Made by a program: the position numbers and the translations under genes. Shown in pieces: positions 1 through 9,403 of a stretch of 64,000 nt of DNA (positions are counted from its first letter, which is position 1; each line of letters starts with the position of its first letter). The notes beneath the pieces were generated by a model. The model ran no database searches and was not told the origin of the DNA. It worked only from the letters and a program-made list of their open reading frames with translations. Origin of the DNA: a virus; the IMG/VR virus record IMGVR_UViG_3300035687_000003, positions 1-64,000 of that record. One strand, written 5' to 3'.

Positions 1-283
1 TAACCCATCCTTCTGCTGCTTGCCGCTGAAGCAGTCCCACTCACCTCCTTCCGTAAGGACTGGCACCGACACGGTTTTATCGGTTGCTCTCACCACGAGC
101 CTGGTGTCGCCGAGTTTCGTAGTAGTCATCGACCGCACGCGGGTCACCTGTTACCCGGTCCAGCATTGAGGTCACGTACCGGCAGTCCCCGGCGGACTGA
201 CGTTCGTCACGGGACTGTTCCCGGCCAGACCCTCGCGTACTGCCCATCTCCATCACCCGTTTCCTTACCGGAGATCCTCTTTA

Positions 284-505
284 CTAGCCGCACGCCTGGC
301 AAGGCTTATCGGGTGCCCCATGCCATTTACATTTCGGGCATGGCCTGCACATGCACGGGGCTTTGCCGCAGAGCACGCAGATGATCTGGCGCACCCCGAT
401 CCTGCCGGACGCATAGGCATCGAGACTAGGTGTCCATCTGGCACCGAGCTTGTTTAGCGCATCGACCGCAGCTTTACGATTCGATTGCTGACGACCCCGC
501 ATCAC
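284..505 (-). CDS. Hypothetical small Cys-rich (Zn-finger-like) phage protein
   Basis: Several CxxC pairs; in leftward operon; GGAG-like RBS upstream. Confidence 0.5.
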   Translation of the reverse strand: MMRGRQQSNRKAAVDALNKLGARWTPSLDAYASGRIGVRQIICVLCGKAPCMCRPCPKCKWHGAPDKPCQACG

Positions 506-742
506 TTGTCTCCTTCTGCAGCACGATCGATTCTCACCACACCGAATCGGTCGTGCTCACGGATCGCATCGGCCGCCAGCATCGCAATGTAGGTGCTTCG
601 GTGTATGCCGCGAAGGCAAGCGCTTTCCATGTTTGACACTCGTCGCGCAGCTGGATAGGATCAGTGTCAAGCAACCAATCTTCGCGAGTGTATGACTCGT
701 CGCCGAAGGGTGGCATCTGCGACCAGTTATTCGTATGCTCAC

Positions 743-958
743 TCACAGGATCTCTCCTCTGCACGTGTGGCATTTCCCGTCCGCGTCGATCTCGGAACCG
801 GCGCATCCCTTGTTGTACCGGTGGTCCCGGATCGGGTCGACAATGCGCAGTACTGGCCGGCCGACAATGCCGCGGAGGATACTTCCTGCCGCGTCGGGAT
901 GGTGGTGGTCAAGTTCCCAGATGGCGTCCTGCACTGCGGTGAGCTCCCGGGCCGTCAT
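743..958 (-). CDS. Hypothetical phage protein
   Basis: ATG overlaps the stop of the upstream gene (ATGA); MTARELTAVQDAIWEL... Confidence 0.55.
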   Translation of the reverse strand: MTARELTAVQDAIWELDHHHPDAAGSILRGIVGRPVLRIVDPIRDHRYNKGCAGSEIDADGKCHTCRGEIL

Positions 959-1197
959 TGCGGATCCAGCTCGTCGGCGTGAAACCGCAAGTGTCGGCGA
1001 TCCCACATATTGTCCGTCTCAGATGCTTCTACCTGATCAGCCATCTGCCGTAGCTTTGCCGCCACAATCAGTTTGGCCGCTTCAGTAAGCGCATGGGTAA
1101 TACTCTCAGGGGTTGGATAGATATACGGACATGCCGCGCGGAGCATGCTGTTCATGATGGCGAGGGCAGCTTCCGGGATCTCCAGCTCGTCGCTCAT
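955..1197 (-). CDS. Hypothetical phage protein (paralog of 1194-1349)
   Basis: ATGA coupling at both ends; MSDELEIPE...IVAAKL...LDPQ. Confidence 0.7.
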   Translation of the reverse strand: MSDELEIPEAALAIMNSMLRAACPYIYPTPESITHALTEAAKLIVAAKLRQMADQVEASETDNMWDRRHLRFHADELDPQ

Positions 1198-1349
1198 TGC
1201 GGATCCAATCGACTAGCTCTATCCCTGAGCTCTTCATCGGCCAGGTGGTTCAGGTATGCGGCCACGATGATCGGCGCAGCGGCTTTGAGTATGTCTTGGC
1301 TGTACTCAGCCGCTTTCCATGCCCGTTCCGGGATCTCCAGCTCACTCAC
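1194..1349 (-). CDS. Hypothetical 51-aa protein (not in ORF track)
   Basis: Manual translation VSELEIPERAWKAAEYSQDILKAAAPIIVAAYLNHLADEELRDRASRLDPQ; GTGA/ATGA coupled to both neighbours. Confidence 0.7.
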   Translation of the reverse strand: MSELEIPERAWKAAEYSQDILKAAAPIIVAAYLNHLADEELRDRASRLDPQ

Positions 1350-1645
1350 CGGACCGGCTCCTTAAGTGGCGACCCGAACTGACCGTTTTCGGTAGCCGAG
1401 ATCACAATATCCCGTACCGCGTCATGAATCTTGCCGAGAACAGCGTTCCTGCGCTGAATCAACCCAAACGACTCAAGCACTTCCCCGGTGTTACCGAACA
1501 ACTCATGGGTTTCATCTCGTGCCAGCTCTGTCAGCTCATAGAACGCGACCGGATTAGCGGAAAGCAAGCCCTCCAGTGCGATCATGGTTGGCGACACGAG
1601 AACTTCAGGAACCGTTGCACCGTTTTTCAGCACGCAAGTCTTCAT
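1346..1645 (-). CDS. Hypothetical phage protein
   Basis: Translationally coupled within the leftward operon. Confidence 0.7.
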   Translation of the reverse strand: MKTCVLKNGATVPEVLVSPTMIALEGLLSANPVAFYELTELARDETHELFGNTGEVLESFGLIQRRNAVLGKIHDAVRDIVISATENGQFGSPLKEPVR

Positions 1646-1911
1646 GCCGTCACCGGCTCCAGCTGAGTTGCGTGTCGCCGGACCGCGGTAATGGCTGCGA
1701 GGAGTTTCAGTGCGTCGGCTTCGATCTCGTCGATCTGGTCACCGGGTTCGTAGAAGACACCACCGATTTCAACGCCATCGCCCCAGGCGATGGCGTCGGC
1801 GATGGCGAGGCAGCGGAACTTCCACTGCGGGACAGCACAGATGGTACCGTCGTCATCGATAGTGTCCATGAGGTGGTCCGCGGGCGGCAGCTTGAAGGTG
1901 ACTTCAGTCAT
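1642..1911 (-). CDS. Hypothetical phage protein
   Basis: ATGA coupling, AGGAG RBS. Confidence 0.7.
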   Translation of the reverse strand: MTEVTFKLPPADHLMDTIDDDGTICAVPQWKFRCLAIADAIAWGDGVEIGGVFYEPGDQIDEIEADALKLLAAITAVRRHATQLEPVTA

Positions 1912-2096
1912 GATTCATTCTCCTGTTCAGCGTCGATCGCTGCTCTCAGTACTTCGATTGCGGCACGAACCCGCTCACTGGGTAGTGCCTCAACATGGAA
2001 TGCATCGAATGCGCCGATGCTAAGCTCGTGATCATGTAGGTGATTGTAGAGCTCTTCGGCGATCACAATGATGGCGAGCCGTACGGCGGCGTTCAC
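1908..2096 (-). CDS. Hypothetical phage protein
   Basis: AAGGAG RBS upstream of GTG; coupled to next gene. Confidence 0.65.
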   Translation of the reverse strand: MNAAVRLAIIVIAEELYNHLHDHELSIGAFDAFHVEALPSERVRAAIEVLRAAIDAEQENES

Positions 2097-2431
2097 CGCG
2101 CGGACTCCTTGCTTGACGGGTCCACGCTCCGGGCGGTGGCGTGGCGATCCGTCTTATTATCGGCCCATTCGGCCCATAGGTTCTTGCGTTCCGCGGGTCC
2201 GGCGACGTGGCGACCGCCGATGGCACGGTGGTCGGTGTCGCGGTCACGTCCAGCGGGTGTTGCCGACATTGTCGGCCCTCCGACCTTGCTGCGGGCGGTC
2301 GTCGGAGCGGGGGATGGCTTTCAGGAAGTCACGTCGATGCGTGGTGCGCTTTGCGTGGTCGCCGGGTAGCGGGTCCGAGGCCGGCCGCTGGGGGACATCG
2401 TTCTGCCTGCTCATTGATCACCTCTCTGTCG

Positions 2432-2501
2432 GACTGAACGTTCAGTCACATTGCCCTGCTGGATGGTGCGTGCCGTATAGTACATGCTGTACGGTAGCGC
2501 A
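2432..2501. promoter_or_regulatory. Divergent promoter/operator region with a perfect 16-bp palindrome GACTGAACGTTCAGTC
   Basis: Palindrome at 2432-2447; imperfect inverted repeat about 2466-2502 containing TATAGT; lies between divergent genes next to an HTH gene. Confidence 0.5.
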
Positions 2502-2536
2502 CAAGGGGTACTTGAGCAAACAGGAGGATCAAACGG

Positions 2537-2839
2537 GTGGCGAAGGCCAGTCGGGTGAGCAACACCATCGACAAGCTGCGGGCGGACTACGTGTCCGCGC
2601 AGCGCGCGATCGAAGCGTTGCGACCGCGGGACATGTTCGTGGCGGCCACCCAGCTGCGGGATGTACTTGACGAGTTGCGGCGCGGGGCCGCTGGTCTGCG
2701 AGCCGTCGCGGTGGACAAGATCCGGGATGATGAGGACCTGTCCATGCGGGGGCTGGCCGACGAGCTCGGGTTGACCGCGAGCAGGATCCAGCAGCTCGTC
2801 CAGCAGGCCGCTGAGCAGGAACGCCACGACAATGGCTGA
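2537..2839 (+). CDS. Helix-turn-helix DNA-binding protein
   Basis: LSMRGLADELGLTASRIQQLV HTH motif; AGGAGG RBS. Confidence 0.8.
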   Translation: MAKASRVSNTIDKLRADYVSAQRAIEALRPRDMFVAATQLRDVLDELRRGAAGLRAVAVDKIRDDEDLSMRGLADELGLTASRIQQLVQQAAEQERHDNG

Positions 2840-2857
2840 CTGGGTTACCCTGGCCCG

Positions 2858-3046
2858 GTGACCACCTGGGTACCGGCCTACTGTCCCGTTGAGAAGTGCG
2901 GGTACGTGGCGCGGTTCCAGATGGACAAGACCGTGGACTGGCGCGGTGAGTTGATCTCCGTCCGGGAGCGGCTGTCACGGGAGCATCCGGAGCACCCCGG
3001 CGACGTCGAGGACATTGTCACCACGGACCCACCGTCGGACGACTAG
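2858..3046 (+). CDS. Hypothetical protein (possible C2H2-like Zn site)
   Basis: CPxxxCGY...HPEH; follows the HTH gene. Confidence 0.5.
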   Translation: MTTWVPAYCPVEKCGYVARFQMDKTVDWRGELISVRERLSREHPEHPGDVEDIVTTDPPSDD

Positions 3047-3231
3047 CCGCTGGGCGGCGGATGATCCGGGATGGTGACGTTAGCTGCATCAGCGAAGATC
3101 TCAATCAGCTCTCTCGTGAAGCTCTTGTGCATAACCACCGTAATGAGGGCGATGAGGGCCTTGTCGTCATCACCTGCCAGTAATGTTTCGCGCAGGTCGG
3201 TGCATGCGCTGAATGTAGCGTCGCCGCTCAC
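3043..3231 (-). CDS. Hypothetical protein
   Basis: GTGA coupling with the upstream cupin gene. Confidence 0.5.
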   Translation of the reverse strand: MSGDATFSACTDLRETLLAGDDDKALIALITVVMHKSFTRELIEIFADAANVTIPDHPPPSG

Positions 3232-3731
3232 GGTCGTTCATGTCGGTTACTAGTGACATGGGCAGTGCTCCGTTCTAGGATTTGTCGGTTAGTGTCGAGG
3301 CCAAGGTATTCACGCCACGGGACCTTGCCGTGCTCGGTCCAGAAACGCCAGACGCGTCGGCGACGACCGGTAAGTATCAGGGTCAGAGTGTTGGGCAGGA
3401 CAAGCGTGATCTGGTGCGCTTGGTCGATTGGCATGCTGTGCAGCGACCAGCGGGTACAGTTATGGAGTCGACCAGTATCACTGATTGCCTTGTGGACCCG
3501 CTCGGTGTAACCGCCGTACAGGACCAGGGACCAGAAACGCCAGGGATGATCATGAGGGTGGCGATCGGCGTCCGGCTCATTGATCCAATGCAGGTACAGG
3601 TTGCACCACGGGGTTTGGACGATCCGCAGCCGCCGGAGGTAGGCACGCTGCGGATCGTCCTCCGAAGGAATGTCGCAGTATTGCATGAACGCCCACCGGG
3701 TCGACGTCGGCGCTGGATACTTGACCTCCAC
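3228..3731 (-). CDS. Cupin-like (HDHPW motif) phage protein
   Basis: LHWINEPDADRHPHDHPWRFWSLVLYGGYTE and a later HQI; metal-binding cupin pattern common in phages. Confidence 0.7.
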   Translation of the reverse strand: MEVKYPAPTSTRWAFMQYCDIPSEDDPQRAYLRRLRIVQTPWCNLYLHWINEPDADRHPHDHPWRFWSLVLYGGYTERVHKAISDTGRLHNCTRWSLHSMPIDQAHQITLVLPNTLTLILTGRRRRVWRFWTEHGKVPWREYLGLDTNRQILERSTAHVTSNRHERP

Positions 3732-3947
3732 TACTTCACCTCAGATTTCGATTTCCATCTCAGCGGCGACTCGGCGGTTGTCCAACCATTAGCCATCGCA
3801 TCAGTGGACCAAGCGATCTCATGGCGGCATACCGCGTCATGTACTACCGGTTGAGTCGGCGCTGTCGCCCCGATCCGGTTGGGCCGGGGTTCTGCTGGGG
3901 ACAAGCTTGCTGGCAGCCACACGCGATCTCCTTTATTCTCCCATACC

Positions 3948-4148
3948 ATGAGTCGTGGAGTTTGGGTGGCTATCACGGTCGGGGCCGTCGTGACGTGGAT
4001 TGTTCCCATCGTCACTGACGCTGCTGGTGCTCGCCCCGCATGGTCAGTGTTCATCGGCATCACCTGCGGTATCTTCTCGATGTTCATCACCGCATGGATC
4101 TACGGCGCTAGACCTTCGCGCCAGAGGCACCGCAGCGGCCGCATGTAG
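3948..4148 (+). CDS. Small 2-TM membrane protein (moron-like)
   Basis: Two hydrophobic segments and a basic tail; opposite strand to the operon; TATTCT 8 nt upstream of ATG. Confidence 0.5.
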   Translation: MSRGVWVAITVGAVVTWIVPIVTDAAGARPAWSVFIGITCGIFSMFITAWIYGARPSRQRHRSGRM

Positions 4149-4192
4149 CGAAGTAGCCCCAGAAGCGACGAGCAGGACTGCGCACCGAGTGA

Positions 4193-6826
4193 TCACGTTG
4201 CCTCCAGCTCCACGAGGTCGAACAAAGTGGGCATCTCGACGCGACGATCCTCCGCTGTCAGGTAGGCAACGCCGTCGTGGAAGTAGTCGGGATTGAGCTC
4301 AATGCTGTAGCCTCGCCGACCTTTCATGACGGCGCGCAGGGCCACCGTCGCTAGACCGCCGAAGGGATCGCAGATAAGATCGCCCGGATTCGTGTAGCGT
4401 CCGATGAGCCGGTCCACGATATCAAAAGCGAGCGGACAAATGTGCATTGTCTGCGACCGACGGGACTGCTCCGTATTCAATGTCGCCATCGGATTGACGT
4501 CCGACCAGACGTCCGGGTGGTGCGACGCCGGGGCAAGCGCCATGAACGTCGCGGGCAGTCGGCCGCGGGCTTCCAGCTTCTCACCGAGCTCAATGTGCGC
4601 CTCATAGTCGTAGACCTCACGCAAAGTCTGCTCAGTGAATAGCCGGGACATGAGCTCAGGTGTCAGCTGTGCCAGCTCGTCAGGTGAGAGGTGCCGGTCA
4701 CCCGACGAGCGCCAGAACGCGTGCGCATCGGTCTGCCACCTCGCGCGGGAATAAGCTCCGCGTTGGCAGCAGTCCGCATCGTAGCAACCACGGTGCGCTT
4801 CGCACTCAATGCACTCATTACAGATATGAAGCGGGTCCAGTTTACGTTTGGCGACCGGGATATCGGCGTAGCCTTTACTGCGGTCGGTCTGCGGCTTATG
4901 GAACAACAGGATGTACTCGGGTGACCCGACGCCCATCTTCGTGCCATCTTTAGAGTTCTCGGTCCAGCCAAGTCGGTAGGTCTGATTGTTCTCCCGGACC
5001 ACATCCCGGACAATGGTGACCATACCCATGTAGTCGAAACCGTGCTTGATTCCGTGCATGATGGCTTCAGCGTGGAATGGGGAGATCGTGGGGATACCGG
5101 CACCGGTGACATTGCCGAACAGGACCCGGTCCTTCACGTGACAAGCATAGATCCGGCCGGGTTGCAAGGTGCGGAACATCTCCGGAGTAAGATAGTCCAT
5201 CTGCGCCCAGAAATGCTCGTTACTGTCCGTGTGTCCGAAATCATTATAGCTCGGACTGTATTCATAGTGGTAGGCGAAAGGGATGGATGTCAGGTGCATC
5301 CCGAACATATCGTCAGGTAGCTGACGCAATTCCAGTACGCAGTCATTATGTACACTCGTCCACGCCTTACCCTTACGCTCAATCCGATCGACGCCCATGG
5401 AGCGGGTCAGCGCCGCGTCGATACTAGCCGGGTTGAGGCCGTGCTCACGGATCACATCGGACATCTTGGCGGTCAGCTCCTCGTGTTGCTTCCACTTTTT
5501 CTGCAAGACAACGACAACTTCACGTTCGCTCTCGGCGTGGATGATGTGCGCATAGCACTGACGTTCCTGGCCGTAGCGCTGAATGCGGTGGTTGGCCTGA
5601 ATCAAGTCATTGAACTTGTATGTGACACCGACAAAGATTGCGGTATTGCACTGCTGGAGGTTCATTCCCTGGCCGAGCATAACGGGCTTACCGATCAGGG
5701 CGTACGTCTCACGATTGCGCCACTGCTCGATCCGGCGCTCAGTTTCTTCCGGCGACAGCGATCCATACACCGACGAGTAGGTCAGTCCGCGCACTTTCAG
5801 AGCGGACTCGATAGCAGCCTGCTCGGCATTGAGATCACACCAGATGATAATCTGGTCGGACACCGTACCCTGTGCGCGGGCCGCAAGGTGGGCATCGACC
5901 GCTTCCATCATCTTGTCGATACGAGACGTCAAAGTATCCCGCTTCTCTCGCGCAGCGCTGCTCACGCCGAGCGCAGCGCCACCGCGGAACAATGGCCGCT
6001 GGCCGTCACGATCCGGCGGGGCAGTCGAATGGTCTACCGCCACCTCGTGATAGATCACTTCCAGTGGAGGAAGATCGTATCCCTCGTTTGAGAAGCCAAG
6101 GTCAGAAGGTTTACTAAGGAAACAGGCCCAGGTGTTCAACCACAGATGAAACTCTTCCACTTTGTGCGGGTAAAGGGTCAGGTTGTTCGCTTGAGTGCTA
6201 TCGCGCTGGAAAAATCGCGTAAGGCACTCTCCGGTATCCATAACGCCTAGGAACCCGGCATAATGGATCAACTCTTTGTAGCGGTTAGGGCTTGGAGTCG
6301 CTGTAGCGACAAAGCGGTACGGCACCTCACTGAACAGAGTCAGGAACGTCTGATATGTCTTAGAACCGTAGCTGCGTAGCACGGACGCTTCATCCAAGCT
6401 CGCCGTAGTGAACAGGTTAGGGTCGAGCTTGCCGTCGCGGACCGACTGATAATTCGTCAGATACAAGCCGTCGCTGTCGATCTCCTCGGATCGGCGAATG
6501 AATGTCGGCATCGGCATACCGAGCAACTTTGTTGCGTCATGCACGAACTCTAGCCTGACCCCCAGCGGGCAAACAATGAGACCTCGGCCACCGACGCTAT
6601 CGAGGATAATACGCGAAGTCTCCAATTGGATATTCGACTTTCCGAGGCCGAAATTAGCGAAGACCGCTCGGCGGCCACCTTTCACGGCCCATTGAGTAAT
6701 ATCCCGCTGATGCGGCTTCAGGACCGGGTTGATCTCCTCGAGCTCGCAGTCGAAACCGAACTCCTTATTGAAATCGACCTTGGCTCGCAGGAAATCCTCG
6801 TAAGATAGCTGAGTCGCGACGCTCAT
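4193..6826 (-). CDS. SNF2-like helicase - N4/N6 DNA methyltransferase fusion
   Basis: FGLGKS, LDEAS, ATATP and helicase-C motifs (GMNLQ, HRIQRYGQ); MTase motif IV TSIPF precedes motif I DPFGGLAT (beta order). Confidence 0.9.
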   Translation of the reverse strand: MSVATQLSYEDFLRAKVDFNKEFGFDCELEEINPVLKPHQRDITQWAVKGGRRAVFANFGLGKSNIQLETSRIILDSVGGRGLIVCPLGVRLEFVHDATKLLGMPMPTFIRRSEEIDSDGLYLTNYQSVRDGKLDPNLFTTASLDEASVLRSYGSKTYQTFLTLFSEVPYRFVATATPSPNRYKELIHYAGFLGVMDTGECLTRFFQRDSTQANNLTLYPHKVEEFHLWLNTWACFLSKPSDLGFSNEGYDLPPLEVIYHEVAVDHSTAPPDRDGQRPLFRGGAALGVSSAAREKRDTLTSRIDKMMEAVDAHLAARAQGTVSDQIIIWCDLNAEQAAIESALKVRGLTYSSVYGSLSPEETERRIEQWRNRETYALIGKPVMLGQGMNLQQCNTAIFVGVTYKFNDLIQANHRIQRYGQERQCYAHIIHAESEREVVVVLQKKWKQHEELTAKMSDVIREHGLNPASIDAALTRSMGVDRIERKGKAWTSVHNDCVLELRQLPDDMFGMHLTSIPFAYHYEYSPSYNDFGHTDSNEHFWAQMDYLTPEMFRTLQPGRIYACHVKDRVLFGNVTGAGIPTISPFHAEAIMHGIKHGFDYMGMVTIVRDVVRENNQTYRLGWTENSKDGTKMGVGSPEYILLFHKPQTDRSKGYADIPVAKRKLDPLHICNECIECEAHRGCYDADCCQRGAYSRARWQTDAHAFWRSSGDRHLSPDELAQLTPELMSRLFTEQTLREVYDYEAHIELGEKLEARGRLPATFMALAPASHHPDVWSDVNPMATLNTEQSRRSQTMHICPLAFDIVDRLIGRYTNPGDLICDPFGGLATVALRAVMKGRRGYSIELNPDYFHDGVAYLTAEDRRVEMPTLFDLVELEAT

Positions 6827-7965
6827 CTTGCACCTCGCAGCTGACGGGTCATGAGTAGGTGACGGTAACCGTCGGCCAGCGGTGCACCAGTATCGTCAGC
6901 GGCCTGGCACAGGAATTGCTTGCCCGGATCATCCGTGAACGTCAAGAATGCTTTCGGCGATCCGAGCGCGGATAGTGCGTCCAGCAGGTAGCGATGCGAG
7001 ACGCCCACTGTGATCGGGGGGCCGGTGATCGAATGCAGGTCAATGCCATTGTCCCCACTGGCATCGGTGTCGGTCTCCAGGCTCACCCCGACCTCATCGG
7101 GACCGATTTCCAGCCGGATCAACTCCGGGACCTTCGCGGTAGGAGTGGACACCGACGACACCTGCATTACCGCGCAGGCCAGGTCGTCAACATCGATCGT
7201 GGCCACCGTTGCCAGGAATGACTCCGGAACATCCATCACGGACCGCCAGGGGACATACTCACCCGCATGCAGCCGCCCGGTCACCCGATGTCGACCGGTG
7301 GCCAGCGTAATAGTGGATCCGTCGGAGTAGACCACCACATCCCCGTCGGTCATCACATCTCCCGCAACCTCCAGCAGTGCGGCAGGAATGACCAGTGACT
7401 CGGTAGCACCGGTAGCTCGCCAGTCGAGTTCCGCCGCCGCGATCCGGTAGCGATCGGTGGCGACCAGGACCGCGGCCTGCGTGGTGTCCAGCAGGACCCC
7501 GGTAATCACCTCCGGTTTGCCGTCAGGTGGCGCGACGACGGGCAGCACGCGGGACAGGCACCGGGCCAGTACGGGGGCACTCACGGTCCCCAGGTGTTCG
7601 TCCGGGGCCGGGAACGCCTGCCACTGCTCGGCGTCCATCTCCGGGAGACCGGCGCGCAGCCGGCCACTGCGCAAGCTGAGTCCCTTCCCGGAAGTTTCGA
7701 TACTCACCTCATCGGTGGGCCGCCGCAAGGTCTTCGCCAGTGAGGCGAGCAGGTAGGCACTGACCACGCATCGGCCGGGTTCGCCGATCGTCGCAGGCAC
7801 CTCAACCGTGCCGAAGGTATCGAAGTCGCTGGCCGCCAGCTGGAACACCTCACCGGCGTCAAGCATCACTCCGGCAGTAACCGGGACTCGCGGGGAGCGC
7901 GGTGCGATCCTCGCAGCCCAGCTCGCGGCAGAATTCAGTGCGTCGGCAGATAGTTGAACCTTCAC
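6823..7965 (-). CDS. dnaN: DNA polymerase III beta sliding clamp (phage-encoded, divergent)
   Basis: 380 aa; LAASDFD, LVATDRYRIA, GEYVPWR, YLLDAL and a C-terminal HLLM motif. Confidence 0.9.
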   Translation of the reverse strand: MKVQLSADALNSAASWAARIAPRSPRVPVTAGVMLDAGEVFQLAASDFDTFGTVEVPATIGEPGRCVVSAYLLASLAKTLRRPTDEVSIETSGKGLSLRSGRLRAGLPEMDAEQWQAFPAPDEHLGTVSAPVLARCLSRVLPVVAPPDGKPEVITGVLLDTTQAAVLVATDRYRIAAAELDWRATGATESLVIPAALLEVAGDVMTDGDVVVYSDGSTITLATGRHRVTGRLHAGEYVPWRSVMDVPESFLATVATIDVDDLACAVMQVSSVSTPTAKVPELIRLEIGPDEVGVSLETDTDASGDNGIDLHSITGPPITVGVSHRYLLDALSALGSPKAFLTFTDDPGKQFLCQAADDTGAPLADGYRHLLMTRQLRGAR

Positions 7966-8246
7966 GAGCTCGCGTCTCCTATCGGCAGAGTGGGATGCGC
8001 TGGTCCGGATTCTTTGGGCTCAGCCGGTCCATCCGTAGCATTGATTAACCGGTCAACTTCCCACTGTGCCCGTTCAGCAATCATCTCGGCAATCTCCTCG
8101 GTGGCATAACCACCATCAATTCTCAACCACAGATCCCAGTACTGTGCCGTATAAGGTGACATTGCCGCCTCACGCGGCACAACCACCGGAGTAGGGTGCT
8201 GCGCCAGATTAGCGAACCATTGCGCATGCGGATTCACTGACATCAC
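7962..8246 (-). CDS. Hypothetical protein
   Basis: GGAGG RBS; GTGA coupling to dnaN. Confidence 0.65.
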   Translation of the reverse strand: MMSVNPHAQWFANLAQHPTPVVVPREAAMSPYTAQYWDLWLRIDGGYATEEIAEMIAERAQWEVDRLINATDGPAEPKESGPAHPTLPIGDASS

Positions 8247-8596
8247 ACCTCCTCATCTATCTCTCGATCCATCTCTCGTAGCTTGACGGTCGCTCTCCTC
8301 GCACCGAGCTTCCCACTGACCCCGTGGGCACACGCGTCCAGCTGCGCTGCTTCTTGCGAATCTCACACCTCGGATGATGGCTGATCGCAATTGTCGCAGA
8401 CACCAACCCATCGAACGGCCCGGACACTCACCACTTACTCACCACCTTCCGGATCACCGGGGTCATGGCAATAAAGAAGGCGACGCATCCCAACGTGAAG
8501 ACGATCGGCCATGCCCACCCGGTGAACCACGCTGGTCGGCCCACCTGGGCGACGAACGAGACAATGACACCGACGGTGGCACCGGCGACGAAGTCG

Positions 8597-8881
8597 TTAC
8601 TGGTCACCGCGCACGCCTCCGAGCCGGCTATGCACCCATTGCACCATACTGTCGAAATGGCCGCCGATGCGCCAGCGGATTACCGTGTCCGGCTGCAGCG
8701 GCTCGCTGTAGTAATCGTAGATTGTCACTGCATCGCCGGCAGGTGTCTGCAGTCGCCATTCCACTTGGGTCTTGTCTTCATCCGTCGGAAAGTCAGACGG
8801 ACCGAATGCTGTCACCAGCTCGCAGTAGGTGGCATACACGTAACCCACCTTGCGAGTGTAGGCGACATTCACGTCAGGCAC
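8597..8881 (-). CDS. Hypothetical phage protein
   Basis: YCELVTAFG...DKTQVEW...TIYDY...WRIGG, a pattern recurrent in phage proteins. Confidence 0.7.
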   Translation of the reverse strand: MPDVNVAYTRKVGYVYATYCELVTAFGPSDFPTDEDKTQVEWRLQTPAGDAVTIYDYYSEPLQPDTVIRWRIGGHFDSMVQWVHSRLGGVRGDQ

Positions 8882-8921
8882 TCTCGTTGCCTCACCTTCA
8901 CTTACATTCTCCGGTGCGGAT

Positions 8922-9119
8922 TCACTGCTTGCCCATCATCCGGCAATCACATCGCCAAGGGTCGATGTCACTGAACGAGACAAGCAGGCATTTCCCCTCG
9001 TCGTCATTGAACTCTAGCGTGTCCAACACGTGCCCGTATTCATTCTCGATCGGCAGGTCGCCGTACTCGGCCACCGCGTCAGTCAGCTTGCGAATCAACT
9101 CACTTGCGTACATGGTCAA
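8922..9119 (-). CDS. Hypothetical protein
   Basis: ASELIRKLTDAVAEYGDLPI phage small-protein pattern. Confidence 0.6.
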   Translation of the reverse strand: MTMYASELIRKLTDAVAEYGDLPIENEYGHVLDTLEFNDDEGKCLLVSFSDIDPWRCDCRMMGKQ

Positions 9120-9199
9120 AGCCTCACTTCACTTGTTTTCTAGCCCGACTGCCAAGTGGGGAGAGCACCGCAGGCAGTTACGGTATTCTCCCCACTCAC

Positions 9200-9403
9200 T
9201 CAGAGCAGATCTTGCTCAGTGGTGTGAACGTAGTTGGGGACACGGAGGAGCGTGTCCAAACCTCCACCTGGCCCTGCGTCATAGCGATCCATGCTGCCGT
9301 TTTCGTACAGGACGGTAATACGACCGTCATCACCATCTTCAGTCACCATGCCGCATTCCACGGTGTCGTCGCTGCCATCACTTGCCGCCCATAACTTGCG
9401 CAT
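9200..9403 (-). CDS. Hypothetical protein
   Basis: In operon; GGAG upstream. Confidence 0.5.
   Translation of the reverse strand: MRKLWAASDGSDDTVECGMVTEDGDDGRITVLYENGSMDRYDAGPGGGLDTLLRVPNYVHTTEQDLL

Noticed and set aside
4193-6826. Complete restriction-modification or defence system
   Set aside because: No cognate restriction nuclease or specificity subunit adjacent; helicase-MTase fusions are a known stand-alone phage gene type
8374-9318. 314-aa + strand ORF
   Set aside because: Antisense shadow over several coupled - strand genes; no recognisable motifs
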